From NCBI GenBank assembly GCA_022708385.1, contig JAKIYU010000002.1, positions 1-34,186 on the forward strand: 34,186 bases of DNA, in the 5' to 3' direction. The notes under the pieces are model-generated. The model was not told where the DNA came from and did no database searches. It was given only the letters and a program-made list of their open reading frames with translations. Origin of the DNA: Bacteroidota bacterium (lineage in GTDB: Bacteria > Bacteroidota > Bacteroidia > Bacteroidales > PXBB01). This document shows, in pieces, positions 25,878 through 34,022 of this stretch; within the stretch, counting starts at the first letter, position 1; every line of letters starts with the position of its first letter. A program made the translations under genes and the position numbers.

Positions 25878-25885
25878 CAAAGTTA
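25878..25885 (-). promoter_or_regulatory. Candidate -7 promoter box (TAACTTTG on the minus strand) for the DegT gene
   Basis: Plus-strand caaagtta is TAACTTTG on the minus strand, an exact TAnnTTTG match. It lies in the 65-nt divergent spacer, 27 nt upstream of the ATG at 25850. Confidence 0.4.
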
Positions 25886-25915
25886 AGTATGTTTTAATAT
25901 TTAAAAGGAAAAAAT

Positions 25916-26374
25916 ATGATACAAATTGGAAAAGCAGGCATGGATGATTTGGAAACCATTGTTGAATTTCAAATATTAATGGCAAAAGAAACAGAGGGGC
26001 TCGCGCTCAAAAAGCCGGTCGTAACCGAAGGTGTTCGCAAAGTTATGAACGATAAGTCGATAGGCTACTATTACGTTGCAAAATCAGGCCATCGAACCGT
26101 TGCCTGTCTTTTAACTTTATTTGAATGGAGCGACTGGCGAAATGCGCAGGTCGTATGGATACATTCTGTTTTTGTACACCCCGAATACCGCTCAAAGGGG
26201 ATTTTTCGGAGTCTGTACAATCATGTGCAGGATGAAGTAAAAGGGAGCACCCACCTGGCAGGCCTCAGGTTGTATGTTGACAAAAGAAATAAAACAGCCA
26301 GGGAAGTTTATTTAAAAATGGGCATGAACAGCGACCATTACGAGCTTTTTGAATGGTTAAAACCTAAACAATAG
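25916..26374 (+). CDS. GNAT-family N-acetyltransferase
   Basis: 152 aa. Acetyl-CoA binding core IHSVFVHPEYRSKGIFRSLY (Q/RxxGxG/A-like) and the overall GNAT length and pattern. Its 3' end overlaps the convergent ppx 3' end by 11 nt. Confidence 0.78.
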   Translation: MIQIGKAGMDDLETIVEFQILMAKETEGLALKKPVVTEGVRKVMNDKSIGYYYVAKSGHRTVACLLTLFEWSDWRNAQVVWIHSVFVHPEYRSKGIFRSLYNHVQDEVKGSTHLAGLRLYVDKRNKTAREVYLKMGMNSDHYELFEWLKPKQ

Positions 26375-27281
26375 GTTTGTAGCCAATAGTACAATTATTC
26401 AAATTTAAAATGTGCGATTTGTAAACTTCGTGTATAATGCCATCTGCCAGACCTATTTTTGGAACATAAATGATTTGGGCCTGGATGTTTTTCATTATCT
26501 GCATAAAAATTTTAGCTGCCGGCTCAATTACATCGGCACGGTCGGGACGCATGCCCATTTTTTCTATACGGTCGTTAAGCGGGGTGTGGGCAATTTCGTA
26601 GTATCCTTTTTCTAGATTTTTATAGGAAAGCAGGCGTTGTTCGTAATTGCCGTAAATTTTTGCCAGTTTATTGATGTTGCCCCCCGAACCTACGCAAATA
26701 AGTTCCTTCGATATATAGAGGTGCTTTTCGAGCCATGTTTTCATTCGTTCCCATTCGGATGGTTCATCTTTGCCGTAAAGCATACGGATGGTGCCAATAC
26801 GAAATGAACCTGAATCGATAAATGTTTCATTTCTGACAATAGAAATCTCAGTGCTACCGCCCCCCACATCGATATAAAGGGTGTATTCGTATTTTTTATC
26901 ATCATCAAGTATTTCTGTTGCCCCAATAATACGGGCTTCTTCGAGGCCATCAATAACTTGAACAGAAACTCCGGTAGTGTTTTTAATTTCAGACACAATT
27001 TCGTTTCTGTTGGCAGCTTCGCGCATAGCAGCCGTAGCACAGGCACAATAGGACAGGGGCTTATAGACATCTATAAGCATTTTAAAAGCGGTTAAGGTTT
27101 GAAGCAGCTCCTGTTTCTTTGTTTCGGAAATATAGCCGGTATTGAAAACATCTTCCCCCAGTCGCAGCGGGATTCTTATAAGAGAAGCCTTTTCAATGGC
27201 AATGTGTTTGTTTTTTTCGTAAACATTTGCGAAATAAAGCCTTACTGCATTGCTTCCTATATCTATTGCGGCAAATAACAT
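26364..27281 (-). CDS. ppx: Ppx/GppA-family exopolyphosphatase (short, ASKHA-fold-only form)
   Basis: 305 aa. N-terminal AAIDIGSNAVRL, then DVGGGSTE and GSGGN actin-like ATPase-fold motifs typical of Ppx/GppA. There is no C-terminal HD extension. Confidence 0.83.
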   Translation of the reverse strand: MLFAAIDIGSNAVRLYFANVYEKNKHIAIEKASLIRIPLRLGEDVFNTGYISETKKQELLQTLTAFKMLIDVYKPLSYCACATAAMREAANRNEIVSEIKNTTGVSVQVIDGLEEARIIGATEILDDDKKYEYTLYIDVGGGSTEISIVRNETFIDSGSFRIGTIRMLYGKDEPSEWERMKTWLEKHLYISKELICVGSGGNINKLAKIYGNYEQRLLSYKNLEKGYYEIAHTPLNDRIEKMGMRPDRADVIEPAAKIFMQIMKNIQAQIIYVPKIGLADGIIHEVYKSHILNLNNCTIGYKPIV

Positions 27282-27300
27282 GTTTTATTTATTGTTCAGT

Positions 27301-29361
27301 TTAATTAATATGTTGCTTAAGGACATTGTAATACAAAGTTTGAGCCTGTATCTTTTCTTTTTTGTTTTTTCTGAAGGTGTTGATTTCCTGATGGTTGAGT
27401 TTTCTTGCTTTTACATTGTCGGCTAACTGGATATTGAGTAATTGACGAAGTTCTTCGCGGATGGAATTGTCGTAAACAGGACACGTTACTTCAATTCGGT
27501 GGTCAATATTTCGTTTCATTATATCAGCAGATGAAATATAAAATTTTTCATGCCCGCCATGGTAGAAGTAATAGATACGGGAATGTTCCAGAAAGCGGTC
27601 AACAATGCTAATGGCTTTGATATTTTCACTGAATTTTTTATGTTCCGGCATGAGAACACAGATACCTCTGGCTATAATATTAATTTTAACACCGGCCATA
27701 CTGGTCTGATACAATTTTTTAACAATATCTTCATCCACAAGATTATTTAACTTTAGTATTATTCTGCCGATTTTGCCCTTTTTGGCTTGTTGGGTTTCAT
27801 AGATAATAAGCTTTACAAATTCTTTACGGAAGCTGAAAGGAGAAATAATAAGATGTTTATTGTCAATAGGTTTATAGTTGTTTTCAAACATTTTAAAAAC
27901 GTGCTCTACTTCTTTTGTAATTCTTTTGTCGGCGGTAAAAAGGCTTTCATCGGCATATATGCGGGCAGTCTGCTCATTAAAGTTGCCTGTACTTACATTG
28001 GCATAAAGTACAGGCGATTTTTTTTCGATGCGTTTTATCAATATCAGTTTAGCGTGCACTTTAAAGTCGGGTATACCGTGTATGACTTTAACACCTTCTT
28101 CCACGAGTGTTTTCGACCAATATATATTGGCTTCTTCGTCGAACCGTGCCTGCAATTCCATAAAAACGGTAACATCTTTGCCATTTCGGGCTGCATTTAT
28201 AAGTGCATTGATTACATTCGAATTTTTTGCAAGTCTGTACAAAGTCATTTTTATGGAAGTAACTTTAGGGTCTATGGATGCTTCGCGCAATAAATCGATG
28301 ATATAACCAAACGACTGGTAGGGAAAATGCAGCATAATGTCTTTGTGTCGCACCCTGTTAAGGATACTCCCTGTATTCATCAGGTTTTTATGCAACAAAG
28401 GGGTTTGTTCGGGAAATTCAAGATGCGGTGAGCCGATGTTGGGAAAATCCATAAAATCCTTGAAGTTGTGGTAACGGTCGCCGGGGACGATGCTGTCTTT
28501 TTTAGTGATATGCAATTTGCGCAGTAAAATCTTTAGCATGTGCGGCGGCATATCCCTGTCGTAAACAAATCTGACAGCTTTACCTTTTTTTCTTTGTTTT
28601 AGGCTTTCGGAAACAAGTTCCATAAGACTTTTGGCCACATCATTGTCGATATCAAGTTCGGCATCACGCGATATTTTAAATGTATAGGCTTCATAACTGT
28701 TGAAACTAAATAAAGAAAACAACTCTTTAAGGCAAAAGCGGATAACATCATCAAGCAAAATTATATATTTTCTGTTTTCAATAGGGGGTAGAACAAGAAA
28801 GCGGGACAAACTTGAAACAGGTACTTTTACAAGGGCATATTTCTCATTATTGATTCTGTTGTTTTTTTGCATACGGATAGCCAGATAAACCGACTTGTCT
28901 TTCAGGTTTGACAGGGACTTCGTTTTATCCAGCATCTGGGGAAACAGGTTGGTACGGAGGGTTTCGTTGAAATATTTTTTTACAAATTCACCATGTTCGG
29001 GGCATAGTTGTTTTTCGTTTACAATAAAAATATTTTCCTTCTGAAGCGCAATAGTAATGTCGTTATAAATAGCTGAAAATTTGTATTGAAGGTCTTTTAT
29101 AAACTCATTAATTTCGTTAAGAATTTTTACGGGATTGTAAATGCCATATTTTAATTTCTGTGAGCCCAGTGCTGATAATCGTTTAAGCGTAGCTACGCGT
29201 ACCCTGTAAAATTCATCGAGGTTGTTAGAGAAAATGCCCAGAAATTTAAGCCTTTCGAGTAAAGGTTTTTCTTCGTCCAATGCTTCCTGAAGTACGCGCT
29301 CATTAAAATAAAGCCAGCTTATTTCCCTGTTTATGAGGGGGATTTTATCCAGTGAAGGCAT
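27301..29361 (-). CDS. ppk1: Polyphosphate kinase 1
   Basis: The track ORF starts at a TTG (29388). I prefer the ATG at 29361 (MPSLDKIPLINREISWLYFNERVLQEA, a classic PPK1 N-terminus). Further PPK1 blocks: FLGIFSNNLDEFY.VRV, the HAK-containing PLD-like motif FKVHAKLILI, and RFLEHSRIYYF. Confidence 0.93.
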   Translation of the reverse strand: MPSLDKIPLINREISWLYFNERVLQEALDEEKPLLERLKFLGIFSNNLDEFYRVRVATLKRLSALGSQKLKYGIYNPVKILNEINEFIKDLQYKFSAIYNDITIALQKENIFIVNEKQLCPEHGEFVKKYFNETLRTNLFPQMLDKTKSLSNLKDKSVYLAIRMQKNNRINNEKYALVKVPVSSLSRFLVLPPIENRKYIILLDDVIRFCLKELFSLFSFNSYEAYTFKISRDAELDIDNDVAKSLMELVSESLKQRKKGKAVRFVYDRDMPPHMLKILLRKLHITKKDSIVPGDRYHNFKDFMDFPNIGSPHLEFPEQTPLLHKNLMNTGSILNRVRHKDIMLHFPYQSFGYIIDLLREASIDPKVTSIKMTLYRLAKNSNVINALINAARNGKDVTVFMELQARFDEEANIYWSKTLVEEGVKVIHGIPDFKVHAKLILIKRIEKKSPVLYANVSTGNFNEQTARIYADESLFTADKRITKEVEHVFKMFENNYKPIDNKHLIISPFSFRKEFVKLIIYETQQAKKGKIGRIILKLNNLVDEDIVKKLYQTSMAGVKINIIARGICVLMPEHKKFSENIKAISIVDRFLEHSRIYYFYHGGHEKFYISSADIMKRNIDHRIEVTCPVYDNSIREELRQLLNIQLADNVKARKLNHQEINTFRKNKKEKIQAQTLYYNVLKQHIN

Positions 29362-29362
29362 A

Positions 29363-29857
29363 TCATTTGAGTTTTTTGGGGAATGCAATAAAATTGACTT
29401 TTTGGGTGCTGCTCATGATGGTTTCCCATGTTTCAGTCTCAAAGCTTATACTAACCATAGCAGAGGTGGGCAGAAAATCAATTTTTGGGTGGAGAAAATT
29501 ATTGGCAAACTGTGTTAAAGCCGGATTATGGCCTATAATGATTACATTATTTTTAGTGTTAGGAAGTGCTAATACTTCATTCAATAAACCTTCTTCGTCA
29601 CTTTTGTAAATGTTGGGGTTGATATCAATGTTTGATTTAGGGTAATTTAAACCGTCAGAAAGCAAATGTGCCGTTTCAATGGCACGTGTGGCATGACTAC
29701 ACATTATGTAGTCAATATTAATTTTTTTCTGTAAAAGGAATTTGATGATTTTTTTTGTCTTTCTTATACCGTTTTCAATAATAGGTCGCTCCAGGTCGGA
29801 TGATACGGGATGCTCCCACGAGGACTTGGCATGACGTGTTATAAAAAGGGTTTTCAT
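29363..29857 (-). CDS. sixA: SixA-like histidine phosphatase superfamily protein
   Basis: 164 aa. N-terminal LFITRHAKS (RHG-type catalytic His), a later CSHATRAIET, and IIIGHNP motifs, with the size of SixA. Its stop is 1 nt from the ppk1 ATG. Confidence 0.75.
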   Translation of the reverse strand: MKTLFITRHAKSSWEHPVSSDLERPIIENGIRKTKKIIKFLLQKKINIDYIMCSHATRAIETAHLLSDGLNYPKSNIDINPNIYKSDEEGLLNEVLALPNTKNNVIIIGHNPALTQFANNFLHPKIDFLPTSAMVSISFETETWETIMSSTQKVNFIAFPKKLK

Positions 29858-29870
29858 AAAAAAATTAATG

Positions 29871-29878
29871 CAAATTTA
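29871..29878 (-). promoter_or_regulatory. Candidate -7 promoter box (TAAATTTG on the minus strand) for sixA-ppk1-ppx
   Basis: Plus-strand caaattta is TAAATTTG on the minus strand, an exact TAnnTTTG match. It is only 13 nt upstream of the sixA ATG (29857), which would give a very short leader. Confidence 0.3.
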
Positions 29879-29985
29879 CTACATTTAAAAGCAACAGGAG
29901 TTAAGAAAATGTTAAGTTTTGACTTTGTTGCAAAATTTTTAACTAATTTTAATTTTCAAAGATTGATGTATTAATAACCTGAAAT

Positions 29986-31086
29986 ATGTACGATTCGAAA
30001 TTTGTTAATCATATAATTGACGGAAAAGAAATAAACCTGCACGAGGCCCTATATATTTATGATAACTACCCTACTTCTGAATTAATGTTGCTTGCAGATT
30101 ATGTGAGGAAGAAAATAAAAAAAGATAAAATTGTAACATGGATAATCGACCGAAATATTAACATCGGTAATGTTTGCATTTCCGGTTGTTTATTTTGTAG
30201 TTTTCACTGCAAACATACAGGCGAAAAAAAAGCATTTGAAACACAACTGGAGGAATACAGAGGAAAGATACAAGAATTGTTTGATTTGGGTGGTGAACAG
30301 GTTTTATTGCAGGGAGGTTTAAATCCTGATTTAAAATTAGACTATTACGAAACCTTGTTTAAAGAATTAAAAAAAATGTTTCCTGCATTAAAGCTGCATG
30401 CGCTTGGCCCACCGGAAGTGTATTTTTTGGCAAAAACCGAAAAATTGACGGTGGGTAAAGTCCTTGAACGACTCATAAATGCAGGGCTGGATAGTTTGCC
30501 TGGAGCAGGTGCTGAAATATTGTGCGACAGGGTCAGAAAAATTGTTTCGCCAGACAAATGTAATTCAGCACAGTGGCTGCATGTCATGCGAACAGCACAC
30601 AAAATGAATATAATTACCACGGCCACCATGATGTTTGGTCATTTAGAAACAAGAGCAGAACGTTTAAAGCATATTTTAAAAATTAAACATCTTCAGGATG
30701 CCAAACCCCCTGAAAGCAAAGGTTTTATTGCCTTTATACCCTGGACTTTTCAACACCGCAACACGGAGCTTATAGAAAAGTTTCCCCACATAAATAAAAC
30801 AACTCCAGATGAATACCTGAGAACCCTGGCAATGAGCCGAATTTTGCTGCAAAACATCGAAAATATTCAGGCATCGTGGCTGACAATGGGAAGTAATACT
30901 GCTCAGGCAGCGCTTCATGCGGGCGCTAATGATCTGGGCTCCATAATGATTGAAGAGAATGTGGTGGCGTCGGCCGGTGTAACAAATAAACTGAATGCAG
31001 GACAAATGAAAAAGCTTATTGAACAAGCAGGTTATATACCATTACAAAGAAATCAGAAATATGAACCTGTTAGCAAAATGCTTTAA
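29986..31086 (+). CDS. Radical SAM enzyme of the CofH/MqnC/MqnE family (futalosine-pathway menaquinone biosynthesis candidate)
   Basis: 366 aa. CxxxCxxC cluster CISGCLFCSF, plus LLQGGLNP, GLDSLPGAGAEIL, TATMMFGH.ET and FIAFIPWTF blocks typical of this subfamily. MqnC, MqnE and CofH cannot be separated by eye. Confidence 0.78.
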   Translation: MYDSKFVNHIIDGKEINLHEALYIYDNYPTSELMLLADYVRKKIKKDKIVTWIIDRNINIGNVCISGCLFCSFHCKHTGEKKAFETQLEEYRGKIQELFDLGGEQVLLQGGLNPDLKLDYYETLFKELKKMFPALKLHALGPPEVYFLAKTEKLTVGKVLERLINAGLDSLPGAGAEILCDRVRKIVSPDKCNSAQWLHVMRTAHKMNIITTATMMFGHLETRAERLKHILKIKHLQDAKPPESKGFIAFIPWTFQHRNTELIEKFPHINKTTPDEYLRTLAMSRILLQNIENIQASWLTMGSNTAQAALHAGANDLGSIMIEENVVASAGVTNKLNAGQMKKLIEQAGYIPLQRNQKYEPVSKML

Positions 31087-31183
31087 CAATCCCCCCTGAA
31101 ATATCATAAATTACCCGTAATTTCGTTTTTATTTGTTTTTTTTTCATAATTTTACAAGAGTTTAATGTGAGCTTGCATTCATA

Positions 31184-33814
31184 ATGAAGGTTGTTGAAAA
31201 AGATTTTCGCTGGTTTTCCCCCTTTCTGGTTATATTTTTTTTATTATCAGGATACAGCGCTTTGGCCACACACCAGCGCGCTGGATATATTACCTACAGG
31301 TATATCAGCGGAATGACTTATGAATTTACAATAATCACATATACATATACACCAAGTCCTGCTGACAGGCCTCAATTGGAAGTGTCGTGGGGAGACGGAA
31401 CCACAGAGGAAGTTGACAGGGTGGAAAAAATTGATTACCCTAACGATATTTCGAAAAATACCTATGTGGGGCAGCACACCTATGCTTCTCCTTCTACTTA
31501 TATTATTTCTGTTGAGGATAAAAACCGTAATGGCGGGGTATTAAATATTCCTAATTCAGTAAATGTGGCTTTTTATATTGAAACCACACTCATTATCAAC
31601 CCTTTTCTCGGGGCAAACTCATCCCCCCTCATTCTTAATCCTCCCATTGATAATGCCTGCGTAAATCAGTTGTTTATATACAATCCATCGGCTTACGATA
31701 ATGATGGCGATAGCATTTCGTATAAGCTTGTTTTTTGTAAAGGTGAAGATGGGCTGGTTATTCCCGGCTACACTTATCCCCTGGCAAATATTTCTTTCGG
31801 TATAGACCCTGTAACCGGTGATCTTGTATGGAACAGTCCCCAATATATCGGAGAATATAATGCCGCCTTTCTTATTGAAGAGTGGCGGTATGGAGTACGC
31901 ATTGGTTATGTGACAGTTGATATGCAGATTCTTGTAGCAGCCTGCAACAACCACCCACCTGTTATTGCACCCCTTACAGATTTATGCGTTGAAGCCGGCA
32001 CCAACGTAGGTTTTCCAGTTTACGCATCCGACCCCGATACCCAACCCGTTGACCAAATCACATTAACAGCTACCGGGCTACCGTTTATTGTAAATACTTC
32101 GCATGCTGTTTTTTCTCAACCAACTGTTGGTTACGGTTCCGTAAATTCCTATTTTGCATGGCAAACAACCTGCTATCATGTCAGAAAAAATCCCTATAAC
32201 GTTGTTTTTAAAGTAAAAGATAATCGAATGCCGGTAAATCTTATTGCTATAAAAACAGTTTTTATAAAAATTGTTGCTCCTGCACCGCAAAATCTTTCCA
32301 CATCACCTTTAAATAATGGCATTTTTTTGAAATGGGATAAAACTGTTTGCGAAAATGCGAAAGGCTATAAAATTTACAGAAAAAACGCCTACTATGGATT
32401 CATTCCCGATAGTTGTGAAACAGGTGTGCCTGCTTATACGGGTTATACGCTAATTGCTACATTAAATAACGTTAATGACACTTCCTACTTTGATAATAAC
32501 AATAGTCTGGGACTGCCTCACGGAAACAAATATTGTTACATGGTTATAGCCTACTTTTCAGATGGAGCAGAGAGTTACGCTTCTTTAGAGTCATGTGCTG
32601 AACTTCCTCAAAATGTACCCGTAATAACACATGTAAGCATCAGACATACCGATAATTTGAATGGTTCTGCCTATGTGTCTTGGGCAAGCCCAAAAGAACT
32701 GGATACAAATATTGTACAGGGCCCTTATAAATACTTAATTTATCGAAGCCCGTCTTTTAATTTGAATACTCCTTTGCTAATTGATTCACTCTCAGGACTT
32801 AACGACACTATTTATATTGATACCTTAATAAATACAAAAACAAATGGCTATTCCTATAAAATTGATTTGTTTAATGATGCACCCGGAAACAGATTTTTAA
32901 TTGGTTCTACAGAGCCTGCATCTTCCGTTTTTGTTAGTTCTTTCGGTACCAATCAGACAGTAAATTTAAGCTGGCAATTTAATGTGCCGTGGTACAATCA
33001 ACTATTTACCATTTACCGGCAAAACCCGGCAACATTAGAGTTCGATTCCATCGGATTTTCATATAATAACCATTTCAAAGATACCGGACTTACAAACGGC
33101 TTAAGTTATTGTTACCTGATAAAATCATCCGGAAGTTACACCGGAAACCAGATTATAAGCCCTCTTATCAACTTCTCACAGATTATATGTGATATCCCTG
33201 TTGATACTATACCACCCTGTCAGCCCCAACTTGAAGTGCGAACTGATTGCAAACTGAATCAAAATACTTTAGTATGGCATATAACAGATGACGACTGTTT
33301 CAAAGACGTGGTTAAGTTTAATATTTACTACGCCCCCTTCGATTTTGAAGACCTTGAGATAATTTATTCTACAACCAACATTAACGACAGTATTTATATT
33401 CATACCAATTTGGCTTCTATTGCAGGGTGCTATGCCGTTTCTGCAGTGGATTCTTTTAATAATGAAAGCCCTTTAACCGATGTTATTTGTTTAGATATTG
33501 ACAGTTGCTCGCTCTATACATTGCCAAACGTATTTACACCAAATAATGATGGGTTCAACGACTTTTTCGTTCCCTTTCCATATCAATTTGTGGAAAAGAT
33601 TAACTTGAAAATTTATAACAGGTGGGGAGGGCTCGTTTTTGAAACTGATGACCCCGATATTATGTGGAACGGAAAAAACAGGTTTACAAATATGGATTGC
33701 AGTTCAGGCGTTTATTATTTTGTGTGTGATGTCTATGAAATAAGACTTTCCGGACTTAAAGTCCGTACAATTAGTGGCTTTTTACATCTGGTAAGAAGCG
33801 ATGTGGCAAAATAA
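31184..33814 (+). CDS. Large secreted surface protein with a T9SS type B C-terminal sorting domain (gliding motility-associated CTD)
   Basis: 876 aa. N-terminal signal peptide. Ig/PKD/cadherin-like segments (GQHTYASPSTYIISV, YDNDGDSISYKL). Several Fn3-like segments (APAPQNLS...LKWDK). The terminal ~99 aa form a type B CTD. Confidence 0.8.
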   Translation: MKVVEKDFRWFSPFLVIFFLLSGYSALATHQRAGYITYRYISGMTYEFTIITYTYTPSPADRPQLEVSWGDGTTEEVDRVEKIDYPNDISKNTYVGQHTYASPSTYIISVEDKNRNGGVLNIPNSVNVAFYIETTLIINPFLGANSSPLILNPPIDNACVNQLFIYNPSAYDNDGDSISYKLVFCKGEDGLVIPGYTYPLANISFGIDPVTGDLVWNSPQYIGEYNAAFLIEEWRYGVRIGYVTVDMQILVAACNNHPPVIAPLTDLCVEAGTNVGFPVYASDPDTQPVDQITLTATGLPFIVNTSHAVFSQPTVGYGSVNSYFAWQTTCYHVRKNPYNVVFKVKDNRMPVNLIAIKTVFIKIVAPAPQNLSTSPLNNGIFLKWDKTVCENAKGYKIYRKNAYYGFIPDSCETGVPAYTGYTLIATLNNVNDTSYFDNNNSLGLPHGNKYCYMVIAYFSDGAESYASLESCAELPQNVPVITHVSIRHTDNLNGSAYVSWASPKELDTNIVQGPYKYLIYRSPSFNLNTPLLIDSLSGLNDTIYIDTLINTKTNGYSYKIDLFNDAPGNRFLIGSTEPASSVFVSSFGTNQTVNLSWQFNVPWYNQLFTIYRQNPATLEFDSIGFSYNNHFKDTGLTNGLSYCYLIKSSGSYTGNQIISPLINFSQIICDIPVDTIPPCQPQLEVRTDCKLNQNTLVWHITDDDCFKDVVKFNIYYAPFDFEDLEIIYSTTNINDSIYIHTNLASIAGCYAVSAVDSFNNESPLTDVICLDIDSCSLYTLPNVFTPNNDGFNDFFVPFPYQFVEKINLKIYNRWGGLVFETDDPDIMWNGKNRFTNMDCSSGVYYFVCDVYEIRLSGLKVRTISGFLHLVRSDVAK
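33515..33811 (+). other. T9SS type B C-terminal sorting domain within the 876-aa protein
   Basis: YTLPNVFTPNNDGFNDFFVPF...LKIYNRWGGLVFE...WNGKN......SGVYYFVCDV matches the gliding-motility-associated C-terminal domain pattern (NVFTPNGDG.ND.F, I.NRWG, W.G, G.YY). Confidence 0.72.
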
Positions 33815-34022
33815 ATTAGCTCACGGTTACTTTTCCCAAACTTTTTTTTAACATTATTTTAATGTATTCGTTTTTTTTTTGTATATTTATACATTGCTTA
33901 AAAAATTTTTTTTCTATTTTTTAAATACTTATTTTAAAATTTAGTATTAAGGTGTCAATTTTTTGTAACTCTTTTCAAAATGATTGTTTTTTTTAAGTTA
34001 TTGGTTTAATAAATTAAATGAA

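Noticed and set aside
25851-25985. 45-aa N-terminal extension of the DegT ORF that overlaps the GNAT gene start
   Set aside because: The extension has no aminotransferase similarity. It contains the divergent promoter region, including a TAnnTTTG box at 25878-25885. The ATG at 25850 begins the conserved part of the protein.
27787-28293. 168-aa ORF antisense to ppk1
   Set aside because: It is in exact codon register with ppk1 on the opposite strand, the frame where shadow ORFs arise most easily. Its low-complexity F/Y/K/I-rich translation has no recognisable motif, and there is no promoter or start context.
29362-29388. TTG start at 29388 for ppk1 (overlapping sixA by 26 nt), and likewise the TTG start at 14329 for the USP gene
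   Set aside because: In both cases an in-frame ATG a few codons downstream (29361 and 14308) begins the conserved N-terminus and removes the overlap or untidy leader.
4350-33814. The two largest plus-strand ORFs (4350-6980 and 31184-33814) are both exactly 876 aa / 2631 nt
   Set aside because: There is no sequence similarity between them: one is a TPR lipoprotein and the other an Ig/Fn3 surface protein. The equal length is a coincidence, not a duplication.
33851-33880. Hairpin acatta-ttt-taatgt followed by a T10 run as a terminator for the T9SS cargo gene
   Set aside because: The stem is 6 bp and composed mostly of A-T pairs (only one G-C), and it is separated from the T run by 5 nt, so it is unlikely to be stable. 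The region is better described simply as AT-rich spacer or promoter DNA.
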